DNA of 32,000 bases, taken from Candidatus Saccharimonadota bacterium. GTDB taxonomy: Bacteria > Patescibacteriota > Microgenomatia > UBA1406 > GWC2-37-13. Shown piece after piece: positions 8,108-16,269 of this stretch. Every line of letters starts with the position of its first letter. Positions within the stretch are counted from its first letter, which is position 1. The notes below the pieces were generated by a model, which was given only the letters and a program-made list of their open reading frames with translations, was not told the DNA's origin and did no database searches. Location: contig CP065004.1 in NCBI GenBank assembly GCA_016700135.1, positions 1,110,001 through 1,142,000 of the forward strand, read 5' to 3'. The position numbers and the translations under genes were made by a program.

Positions 8108-9481
8108 CTACTTTCTTTTTATTGTATATGAATACGGATAATACAAAAAATGAGCAGGCATATCCTCGACCAGGATCCGTTGAAAATCCGAGTAAAATTC
8201 TTTTCGCTTTGCGATCGCATACGTATTTCGTCCGTCCTCAAGAAGTTTATCAATACGGACATTTTTATACGCTGTGATATTGCCGGATGTTTGTGTGGAA
8301 TGCCAGAAAAAGTACTGGTCAGGATCTTTTCCCAGAGTTAGTTGAGCCAGAAATATCTGATAATCACGCGGCAGACTGCCGGCGAGTACTTCAATTTTCG
8401 GATCATACCCCATTTCCCGCAAATCTTCCTTTATCTCGTCAACCACGGCAAGATGATCGTAATACGTACTTATTTTAAGTTGGGCAGCATCTGATGCCTC
8501 GACATATTTTTTAATTATCTTTGATGCGACGTTCGGATTGTACGGATATTGCTTAACATTACTTTCATACGCCCACGAGGTTGGAGGCAGCGGACTGAAT
8601 GCCGGTTCTCCGTATGGTGAAAATGCCGATTTATCAATTGCCTCTGCTACAGCATGCCTCAGATCCTTCTCTTCCTTGAGAAGCGGATCATTGAAGTTGA
8701 AAAACAGTGTCATAACTTTTGTATAATCTACACTCTTTTCAATTTCCGTATTTTTCCAGTCTTCAAATACTTCTGCGACGCTCGCTTTTGTGGTAGTCAT
8801 TTGGGTAATTTCTCCGAGTTTATATGCCTGGACAAGTTTGGAATCAGTGTCGTAAAACTTGTATATCAGTATAGGCAGACCTTCCTGATTCGGGGTCAGT
8901 TGAAGCATTTTGACATTTCCTGCTTCAAGCCTGATGCGGCCCACTTTGTACAATCCTGCAACGCCCACTACCGGATATTTGATGATCGGTTTGGTCAGGA
9001 AATTGGGAAAAATGGCCAAGGGTTTTTTCAGCTTAAACCTGAGCATGTAGTCACTCTCTGCTATGGTTTCGACATCTTTAAACTGATATTGGATGTCGCG
9101 CGCAGTAAAGGAGGATCCGTCGTTCCATGTAAGGTCTTTTTTGATATGAAAGCGGTATTCCCGGCCGCCGTCTACCGGTTCCCAACTGTCCGCAAGAAGC
9201 GGGATAAGTTCACCTTTATCATTTACATGAAGAAGTCCGTTTGAAAAATTCGAAACAATATCATCAGGGAGAGTATCTATGGTATACGTTCCCGAAATGC
9301 CGATTACCTGTTTTTCGGTTGTCATCATATCAATGACATATGGGGCAAAAGAGACCACGGTAATAACACCTAACAGACTGAGCAAAAAACTCAAGAGAAG
9401 AGACTGCATATTCTTTTTTACGAAGGCCATTGTTACCCAGTACGCATACCGGATACGCTTGGTATCAAAGCTGAAACGCAT
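8108..9481 (-). CDS. ABC-transporter substrate-binding protein, family 5 (peptide/nickel type), membrane-anchored
   Basis: The motif DLTWNDGSSFTARDIQYQF and the overall ~450-aa architecture are typical of SBP_bac_5. It has an N-terminal hydrophobic anchor (LLLSFLLSLLGVITVV). No permease or ATPase genes are adjacent. Confidence 0.65.
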   Translation of the reverse strand: MRFSFDTKRIRYAYWVTMAFVKKNMQSLLLSFLLSLLGVITVVSFAPYVIDMMTTEKQVIGISGTYTIDTLPDDIVSNFSNGLLHVNDKGELIPLLADSWEPVDGGREYRFHIKKDLTWNDGSSFTARDIQYQFKDVETIAESDYMLRFKLKKPLAIFPNFLTKPIIKYPVVGVAGLYKVGRIRLEAGNVKMLQLTPNQEGLPILIYKFYDTDSKLVQAYKLGEITQMTTTKASVAEVFEDWKNTEIEKSVDYTKVMTLFFNFNDPLLKEEKDLRHAVAEAIDKSAFSPYGEPAFSPLPPTSWAYESNVKQYPYNPNVASKIIKKYVEASDAAQLKISTYYDHLAVVDEIKEDLREMGYDPKIEVLAGSLPRDYQIFLAQLTLGKDPDQYFFWHSTQTSGNITAYKNVRIDKLLEDGRNTYAIAKRKEFYSDFQRILVEDMPAHFLYYPYSYTIKRK

Positions 9482-9484
9482 GTT

Positions 9485-9703
9485 TTAATGAACAAAAAAA
9501 TTCGCGACAGACAGTACGAAAAAGAGGAAAATACAGATGTATGTAAGGTTCATAGTAAATTTTTCGACACCTCGACGCGATTGGTACATCTCTCCTCCAC
9601 CGCCCCAGGCACTGCCCAGACCTGCGCCTTTTCCCTGAAGCAGAATCAACACGACAATTGCAATAGATAAAACGATGTTTACAATAAGCAAAATATCTTT
9701 CAT
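9485..9703 (-). CDS. secG: Preprotein translocase subunit SecG
   Basis: MKDILLIVNIVLSIAIVVLILLQGKGAGLGSAWGGGG...: two TM segments flank the glycine-rich loop typical of SecG. The ORF-track start at 9760 overlaps uvrC. ATG 9703 is preferred and is preceded by TATAAT (9718-9713). Confidence 0.8.
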   Translation of the reverse strand: MKDILLIVNIVLSIAIVVLILLQGKGAGLGSAWGGGGEMYQSRRGVEKFTMNLTYICIFLFFVLSVANFFVH

Positions 9704-9713
9704 AGTTGTTTTA

Positions 9714-10985
9714 TTATAGCATCTTTTTACTTCGAAGATGAACGTGATACTTTTTGGCAAAGCGGTGAGACTCGTCTCTCATTGACTGTACTAGTCTGAA
9801 ACCGGGATGATGACGAGGTGGCTTGATAGTGAGAAGGGTGTCATCTCCGATCACAATCCTGTCCGGCCGTTTTGCGATTCCGATAAGAGGAATTGTCACC
9901 TGCATCGCATCCAGAACTTCTTTCGCTGCACGGATCTGAGGCTTTCCTCCGTCTAAAATCACCAACTCAGGCTCAGGCCATTTATTTCTGAATCTCCTTG
10001 TCATAATCTCCTTAAACATGTCAAAATCGGACTGGACGTTCTCTCCTTTAATTTTGAATCGTTTGTATTCTTTTTTGTCACTCAATCCTTCAGTAAAAAC
10101 CACCATTGATGCGGTGCTGTTTTCAAACGACATAGTACTCATGTCGTAGCATTCGATCCTTTCAAGTTTCGGCAGATCATAATATGGTCGCAGAAGCTGC
10201 TGCAGAGACTTTACCCGTTTTTCTGATTTGTTGTACTCTTCAAGATTATTCGTATCAAACTTTCGTCGAAGAAGTACTCCTTCCAATCTGAACAATCGGT
10301 TACGATACGGTATTGCGTCTTCATACTTATCCTCTTTCGTCAGTACACTGATTTTTTTATACAGCTTCTCAATGACTATCTCCGTTTTCCCGTCTAGAAC
10401 CCGTACGGCATTGCGGATATTGTCTTTATATTGCTTTTGCAATTCTTTCTTCAATTCGGGAGAATCCGTTTTTTCTATTTCATTCGGACAGGGGTCACAG
10501 AGTTTTATCTTTGCATAAAAACACCTTCTGTTAGTAATACTTTTTTGTGTACAAAACGGAAAAACCTTTCTTATTTCTCGGAGAATATCGGCAGCAACAC
10601 GGACAGAAGAAAACGGTCCGAAATAGATTGCTCCCTTTTCGTCTTCTTTTCTCGTGATAAAAAATTTCGGATATTGGTCCTGTTTTGTGACTTTGATATA
10701 CAGATAGCTTTTGTCATCTCTCCATCTGACGTTGTATCTCGGTTTATGCTTTTGGATCAGTTTTGACTCAAGAAGAAGCGCTTTAAATTCCGAATCCGTG
10801 ACGATGTGCTCTATACTGTCGGCGCCTTCCACTATTGCCCGTTCTTTTGCATCATTTTTGGCATTTTCAATATGAGACTTAACTCGGGCTCTGATATTGA
10901 CTGACTTGCCGATATAGATCGGTTTGCCTTTAAGTTTGAAGATATAGATACCATTAGTAGTGGGGAGATCCTTGGTTTCGAACAT
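9714..10985 (-). CDS. uvrC: Excinuclease ABC subunit C, short form (423 aa) lacking the C-terminal (HhH)2 domain
   Basis: GIY-YIG motif (GIYIFK...PIYIGKS...R...H), a four-Cys cluster (FCTQ...RCFYAKIKLCDPCP), a UVR-like helix (KEDKYEDAIPYRNRLFRLE) and RNase-H-like endonuclease motifs (RIECYDMS, YKRFKIK, LVILDGGKPQ, IGIAKR, DESHRFA). The ORF ends right after HRFAKKYHVHLRSKK. Confidence 0.9.
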   Translation of the reverse strand: MFETKDLPTTNGIYIFKLKGKPIYIGKSVNIRARVKSHIENAKNDAKERAIVEGADSIEHIVTDSEFKALLLESKLIQKHKPRYNVRWRDDKSYLYIKVTKQDQYPKFFITRKEDEKGAIYFGPFSSVRVAADILREIRKVFPFCTQKSITNRRCFYAKIKLCDPCPNEIEKTDSPELKKELQKQYKDNIRNAVRVLDGKTEIVIEKLYKKISVLTKEDKYEDAIPYRNRLFRLEGVLLRRKFDTNNLEEYNKSEKRVKSLQQLLRPYYDLPKLERIECYDMSTMSFENSTASMVVFTEGLSDKKEYKRFKIKGENVQSDFDMFKEIMTRRFRNKWPEPELVILDGGKPQIRAAKEVLDAMQVTIPLIGIAKRPDRIVIGDDTLLTIKPPRHHPGFRLVQSMRDESHRFAKKYHVHLRSKKML

Positions 10986-10993
10986 ACCGTATA

Positions 10994-13867
10994 TTATAAA
11001 TACTTTTTCAAATACCGACCGGTATGGGAATTGTTGATGTCTAGAATCCCGCGAAGAGCACCTTGGTACACTATTTCACCGCCTTTGTCACCGCCTTCAG
11101 GGCCCAAATCAATGATCCACTGAGCGTTCTTTACTACATCAAGATTGTGTTCAATTACAACTACGGTATTTCCCTGTTCAACCAGTTCCTGAAGTGCTGC
11201 TAACAGTTTTTCCACATCAGCAAAGTGCAGACCTGTAGTCGGTTCATCGAGAATGTATAGAGTGTGACCGCGGCTCGCACGTGAAAGTTCATCAGCTAGT
11301 TTAATTCTCTGTGCTTCACCTCCTGAAAAGGTCGGTGCCGGCTGTCCGAGTGATATATATCCAAGTCCGACTTTCTGTAAAAACTGAAGTTTATTGAAGA
11401 TCTTTATGTGATTTCTGAAAAAATCAGCCGCTTCATCGACGGTCATATTCAAAACGTCGAAAATCGTTTTGTCTTTATATTTCACTTCAAGTGTTTCTCT
11501 GTTGTAACGCTGTCCTTCGCATACATCGCATTTGACATATACATCAGATAAAAACTGCATTTCTATTTTAATAACTCCGGCTCCCTGGCATTTTTCACAT
11601 CGTCCGCCTTTGACATTGAAAGAAAATCTCCCCCTTTTGTATCCTCGTGCTCTGGCCTCTACCGTTTCGGCAAAAATGTCACGGACTTCGTCAAACATGC
11701 CGACATATGTCGCGGGATTGGATCTCGGTGTCCGTCCGATAGGAGATTGATCGACAAGGTATACCCGTGTCAGATCCTGAAATCCCTCGAGCCGGCTGTA
11801 ATCACCGACAGACTCATTCCACTGATTGTTAATTTGCAGTTTGAGTGCGGGATACAGTGTTTCTGTTATTAGAGTGGACTTCCCTGATCCTGAGACGCCG
11901 GTGATGGCGATAAGATTCTGCAGCGGAAAACGGACCGTGACATCTTTCAGGTTGTATTGTGATGCGTTGTGAAGAATAATTTTTCCTTTCTTTTCCTCAA
12001 GTTCACGTTCTGAGATAGCGATTTGCTTACGTCCTGAAAGATATTTTCCCGTTACTGTCTGCTCGTCTTTTTTGATCTCATCAATTGTTCCCGTGAATGT
12101 GATTTTTCCGCCGTTTTTTCCGGCTTTGGGGCCGAGTTCGACCAGATAATCAGCCGATTCCATTGTTTCCTGGTCGTGCTCCACGACAACAAGCGTGTTG
12201 CCGAGATCTTTCAGGTTGTGCAGCGTTTGAATCAATGCTGAGACATCACGGGGATGGAGTCCTATAGACGGTTCATCAAGGACATATAAAACACCGGTTA
12301 ATCCTGTTCCGATTTGAGATGCCAGTCTGATTCTTTGCAATTCCCCTCCCGAAAGGGTTTTTGCTGCGCGTGAAATCGTCAGATAAGACAGTCCGACATT
12401 GTCCAAAAAAGTCAGTCTGGTAATTATTTCCCGTAAAATCGGAGTAGCTATCTGTATCTCGTACTCATTTAATATTTCTTTAATTCTGACATTGCTGAAT
12501 TCGATCATTTTCTTGATAGCCCAGTCCGTGACATCAGAGATATTGTGACCGTCGATTGTGATCGACAGGACTTCCTTTTTCAATCGTGCACCTTCACAGA
12601 CGGGACAGGTTTCTTCACGCATATATTTTTCAACTTCTCCGTTTCCGCCTTCGCTGTCAAAGTATCGTCGTTCCATGTCTTTGACCAGTCCGTGCCATGT
12701 CTCATGAATTGTTGTCGGTCTGCCGAATCGGTTCGTTCCTTCGACGAGGTATGTCGTGCCGGTACCTTTCAAAAGTATGTCCTTGGACTCCTGTGACAAT
12801 TTCTTTATCGGTATATTTAAATCAACTCCTTCATGTTCTGCTACCGTTTTTATAAGTCTCAGGTACCAGGTGCCCTGATAAAAGAATTTCGGATACGGCT
12901 GGATACCGCCTTCATTAATGCTTAAGTTCGGGTTGAGTAACAAGTCAGGATCGATGCGGTATACCGTGCCGATTCCCTTACATTCAGGACAGGCACCAAG
13001 CGGTGAGTTGAATGAAAACATGCGCGGTTCGATTTCGGGAAGCGACAAATTACAATTCGGACAGGAAAATTTTTCGGAAAAAAGATGTTCTTCGCTTCCC
13101 AATGCCAAGACGGCCAGACCGTCCGAGAGATTGGTGCTTTGCTCGACTGCCGTTGTCAGCCGTGAGCGCAGATTTGACATAAAAACATCATTACTCAAAT
13201 CTTTATACTGCAGTGATAAGGTATCAATATATGCTTCGATAGTGTGTTTGTTTGCTTTGATCAGATCAATATCACTGTCAAACGTAAAATCTTTTCCGTC
13301 AACTCTTGCCTGTCGGAATCCTTTACTCTGCAGATTTTCAAAAAGATCTTTGAATTCCCCTTTTCTGTTCCTGACAACCGGTGAAAGAATATGAATTATG
13401 TGCGGTTTTATTTTATCGGTTGAGAGCTCTTTTTTAATCATCTCAATCATCCGTGTCACAATCTCATCAACGGACAGTTTACGGATCTCGATATTACAAT
13501 TCGGACAGTGGGGATGTCCTACCCGTGCAAAAAGGACACGAAGATAATCATAAATTTCGGTAATTGTTCCGACCGTCGATCGCGGATTGTGTGATGCTGT
13601 TTTCTGATCAATAGAGATTGACGGTGAAAGGCCTTCGATCATATCAACATCAGGCTTATTCATGATGCCAAGAAACTGCCTGGCATATGCGGAAAGTGAT
13701 TCGACATATCGTCGCTGGCCTTCAGCATAAATGGTGTCAAAAGCCAAAGAAGATTTACCGGAACCTGATACTCCGGTAAAAACGACAAACTTATTTTTCG
13801 GAATTTCGACATCGACGTTCTTGAGATTGTGCTCACGAGCGCCTTTGACGACAATGGAATTTAGCAT
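10994..13867 (-). CDS. uvrA: Excinuclease ABC subunit A
   Basis: The canonical N-terminus MLNSIVVKGAREHNLKN is at the 25th codon of the ORF-track call. Two ABC ATPase modules (GVSGSGKSS twice, LSGGE.QRI twice, LDEP twice) and zinc-finger Cys pairs are present. Confidence 0.95.
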   Translation of the reverse strand: MLNSIVVKGAREHNLKNVDVEIPKNKFVVFTGVSGSGKSSLAFDTIYAEGQRRYVESLSAYARQFLGIMNKPDVDMIEGLSPSISIDQKTASHNPRSTVGTITEIYDYLRVLFARVGHPHCPNCNIEIRKLSVDEIVTRMIEMIKKELSTDKIKPHIIHILSPVVRNRKGEFKDLFENLQSKGFRQARVDGKDFTFDSDIDLIKANKHTIEAYIDTLSLQYKDLSNDVFMSNLRSRLTTAVEQSTNLSDGLAVLALGSEEHLFSEKFSCPNCNLSLPEIEPRMFSFNSPLGACPECKGIGTVYRIDPDLLLNPNLSINEGGIQPYPKFFYQGTWYLRLIKTVAEHEGVDLNIPIKKLSQESKDILLKGTGTTYLVEGTNRFGRPTTIHETWHGLVKDMERRYFDSEGGNGEVEKYMREETCPVCEGARLKKEVLSITIDGHNISDVTDWAIKKMIEFSNVRIKEILNEYEIQIATPILREIITRLTFLDNVGLSYLTISRAAKTLSGGELQRIRLASQIGTGLTGVLYVLDEPSIGLHPRDVSALIQTLHNLKDLGNTLVVVEHDQETMESADYLVELGPKAGKNGGKITFTGTIDEIKKDEQTVTGKYLSGRKQIAISERELEEKKGKIILHNASQYNLKDVTVRFPLQNLIAITGVSGSGKSTLITETLYPALKLQINNQWNESVGDYSRLEGFQDLTRVYLVDQSPIGRTPRSNPATYVGMFDEVRDIFAETVEARARGYKRGRFSFNVKGGRCEKCQGAGVIKIEMQFLSDVYVKCDVCEGQRYNRETLEVKYKDKTIFDVLNMTVDEAADFFRNHIKIFNKLQFLQKVGLGYISLGQPAPTFSGGEAQRIKLADELSRASRGHTLYILDEPTTGLHFADVEKLLAALQELVEQGNTVVVIEHNLDVVKNAQWIIDLGPEGGDKGGEIVYQGALRGILDINNSHTGRYLKKYL

Positions 13868-13905
13868 AGAAGAACCTATTAGTTTACACGGTTTTAGCAG
13901 AAAGA

Positions 13906-14988
13906 TCAAGTAAGTGTATGAGTTCCATACATATGGCACTCTTTAGGTAAAATAGATAATAGGTAATCCATAGGTGAAATATTGTTCAGGCTTTTGTGAA
14001 CTCGCTTTGTATTGTACCAGACGAGGTATTCAATAAGGTGACGATTGAATGATCCGATACCGGTCCACTTGGTATAGATGTAGGGGTTCATAAATTCTTC
14101 CTGGAGTGTTCTGTTTGCTCGCTCAATAAAGGCATTGATCTTGGGACATCTGGGGTAGATAAAGAGGTGTGGGATATTGTTTTCTTCCAGATAGTCATGG
14201 AAGTTTCCCAGATACTCGAGGCCGTTATCTGTTTGTATGGTTTTTATACCATCTTGTATTGGGTATACTAGTTCCAGTCTTCTCATAAAATCAGCACCGT
14301 TTCGGCTGTTGAGTTTTGAGTATCCGTAGGAGAACTGGAATTTGAGTTTGATGTCCACTGCATTGAAGACATACAGCTTGATTCCGTGTACAAACTTCGT
14401 GATGGTATCAATCTCAATGTATCCGGTATCTTCCACCTTGGGAGACCGCTTGACCTTCTGTCGGTACTTTACTTTCCGTTTTGCAAAGCCACTTGCTGGA
14501 TTGTGATAGATCCGGTAGGTCTTGCGCTGCAGGTTGTGTCTTTTGATCACTTTTCCAATGGTTGACTCAGATATAGTTGAAATTCCTTCCTGTAGGCAAT
14601 ACTCATCAAGTAAGGGCTTGATCTTCTCCTTTCCCAAACAAAAGTATTGTTCTCGAATCTCTTTGATAAAGGATATGACCTTCGGGTGAGTCTCCATACG
14701 TCGGGGTGTCTTTGGCTTGGTTGTCTCTGGTATCAGGCTATCCAACTGCCCTTCTGAATCTCGCCGTCTCTTCCTCCATCGAAACAATGTCCTTCGTGAT
14801 ATCCCATATGCATCAACTGCAGCTTGTATCCCGTACTTCTCTGCAAATGTCAGAACATCGTTTCTGATTTGTGCTACATCTGACTGATTGTAGTCTGATA
14901 GAGATCGTATCTTTTTCATAAGATCTCTATTGTACTGCCAGTCATAACTCCTAATTACTCGAAGCTGATCTCCTCCCCATTTACTCAT
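13906..14988 (-). CDS. Integrase-core (rve) DDE transposase, IS481-like, 360 aa
   Basis: N-terminal HTH (GISRRTLFRWRKRR), DDE core (YIEIDTI, IQTDNGLEY, RCPKINAFIERANRTLQEEF) and the C-terminal YNTKRVHKSLNNISPMDYL typical of IS3/IS481-type integrase cores. It is a single ORF with no frameshift. Confidence 0.8.
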   Translation of the reverse strand: MSKWGGDQLRVIRSYDWQYNRDLMKKIRSLSDYNQSDVAQIRNDVLTFAEKYGIQAAVDAYGISRRTLFRWRKRRRDSEGQLDSLIPETTKPKTPRRMETHPKVISFIKEIREQYFCLGKEKIKPLLDEYCLQEGISTISESTIGKVIKRHNLQRKTYRIYHNPASGFAKRKVKYRQKVKRSPKVEDTGYIEIDTITKFVHGIKLYVFNAVDIKLKFQFSYGYSKLNSRNGADFMRRLELVYPIQDGIKTIQTDNGLEYLGNFHDYLEENNIPHLFIYPRCPKINAFIERANRTLQEEFMNPYIYTKWTGIGSFNRHLIEYLVWYNTKRVHKSLNNISPMDYLLSILPKECHMYGTHTLT

Positions 14989-15032
14989 AGATGTTAGTTC
15001 CCTATGAGTGCCATATCTTTCGTAACTTATTC
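13917..15032 (-). mobile_element. IS481-like insertion sequence (rve-type DDE transposase); boundaries approximate
   Basis: An 11-bp perfect inverted-repeat core ATATGGCACTC (13931-13941) pairs with GAGTGCCATAT (15006-15016), with weaker similarity extending outward. The candidate 8-bp target duplication AGTAAGTG is at 13909-13916 and 15033-15040. Confidence 0.6.
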
Positions 15033-15069
15033 AGTAAGTGATTGTATAGTATACTATTACCCCGATACT

Positions 15070-15512
15070 ATGGAAAAATTACAACAAAGCCTACGATTTG
15101 AGCCGACTTTTTCTGATAGAATGACCTTCGAAAAGATATTACATCCCGATCACTGGCATATCTTGCACGCGGGGAGCAATATGCTGTGTGTCTTAATCAA
15201 GTAATTACGTTTGGAGGGGATATCGAACGGTTCAGACAATACCTTGCATACGGAAAAGAGTTCGGGATTTCACAAATATCAAATGAAGGTATTGCCAGCA
15301 TCGTGATCTACTGGACTGATTTTCCGCAATACGAAAAGGTTGAGAGGGATGACATCTGTATTGTCAAACCGTTCATTTTGCGTCCTGAGCTTGATGATTC
15401 ACAACTTATTTTGTATGAACAGGCGTTCAGATCAACTTCACCAAATAGATATCTTCGTTTTCGAAATAATCCCAGCGAATTAGCTCTTGAACTGTATTCT
15501 GAAATACAATAA
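15070..15512 (+). pseudogene. Possible frameshifted remnant of a hypothetical gene trapped between two IS elements
   Basis: Two overlapping ORFs in different frames (15070-15204, MEKLQQSLRFEP...HAGSNMLCVLIK, and 15186-15512, ...VITFGGDIERFRQYLAYGKEF...). The second frame is open from 15120. No family recognised. Confidence 0.3.
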
Positions 15513-15547
15513 TCATCTCCTTTGACTTCATTCACAGTAATTTGCAA

Positions 15548-16262
15548 GGCTCTAGACTAGCACATTAACAATTTGTAATAGTTCATTGTAAAGGATCGAT
15601 GGGGATTTGCTCCATCTCCATTCACACTCTTTCAAGTGTAATGGAAAGTTTTTCTTTACACCATTGAACTTAACGAGACGTCTTTTACAAAAGGACCAGA
15701 ATGACTCTATGCCATTGATATGGACCCCTTTTGTATTTGAGAACTCATTTTTCTTGTGATTGATTCTCAAATGTTTGTCATACCCGACATCAACAAGTCC
15801 GTTGTATCCGCTCCACGAATCTGAATATACAGTACTGTTCAAGTCAATCTTTCCCTTCATAACAGCATGTAGCGTTCTTCTTTTACAGTTTGGAATGATA
15901 CGAGTAAATACACGTCCTTGACGCTCATATATCCCAAATACTACCTGCTTAAATGACGTCCCACGACCTCTTTTACTTGACTTGCCTCTCATCCTTCGAG
16001 GTCCAAAGTATGATTCATCAATTTCTATCTCACCACCAACATATCGTTGCATCTGGTGCACTTGGTGATGATATATGAGTTGACGAATATTATTGTAATA
16101 TTTGTTGACTGTATTGCGGTTGAGACCCAAAATACCAGAGGTCTGTGTAGCACTCAGATCGTGTGCAAAACACCATAGTATCTTTTTTCTCTTGTATTTT
16201 GATATCGGCCTATTGTTACAAACCATACCTCTAGTTTAGCACTACTCTGCTAGTCTAGAGCC
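15548..16262 (-). mobile_element. IS1595-family insertion sequence, copy B (715 bp)
   Basis: Same 15-bp terminal inverted repeats as copy A, offset by exactly +10305. It is flanked by the direct repeat TTTGCAA (15541-15547 and 16263-16269). The right-hand duplication abuts the uvrB stop codon (16270-16272). Confidence 0.85.
15552..16226 (-). CDS. IS1595-family transposase, identical to 5247-5921
   Basis: The ORF-track translation is identical over all 224 aa. Confidence 0.8.
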   Translation of the reverse strand: MVCNNRPISKYKRKKILWCFAHDLSATQTSGILGLNRNTVNKYYNNIRQLIYHHQVHQMQRYVGGEIEIDESYFGPRRMRGKSSKRGRGTSFKQVVFGIYERQGRVFTRIIPNCKRRTLHAVMKGKIDLNSTVYSDSWSGYNGLVDVGYDKHLRINHKKNEFSNTKGVHINGIESFWSFCKRRLVKFNGVKKNFPLHLKECEWRWSKSPSILYNELLQIVNVLV

Positions 16263-16269
16263 TTTGCAA

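Noticed and set aside
8654-9244. 196-aa plus-strand ORF, with similar antisense ORFs at 102-510, 2509-2865, 10228-10766, 12918-13394, 16846-17163 and 27435-27920
   Set aside because: All lie antisense inside long genes with clear family signatures (SBP, ppsA, ruvB, uvrC, uvrA, uvrB, SGNH). Their translations are low-complexity with no motifs.
5243-16262. Composite transposon bounded by the two identical IS1595 copies
   Set aside because: Each copy has its own matching 7-bp duplication (TAACATA and TTTGCAA), so the outer flanks do not match each other. The intervening DNA is core genes (uvrA, uvrC, secG, a tRNA).
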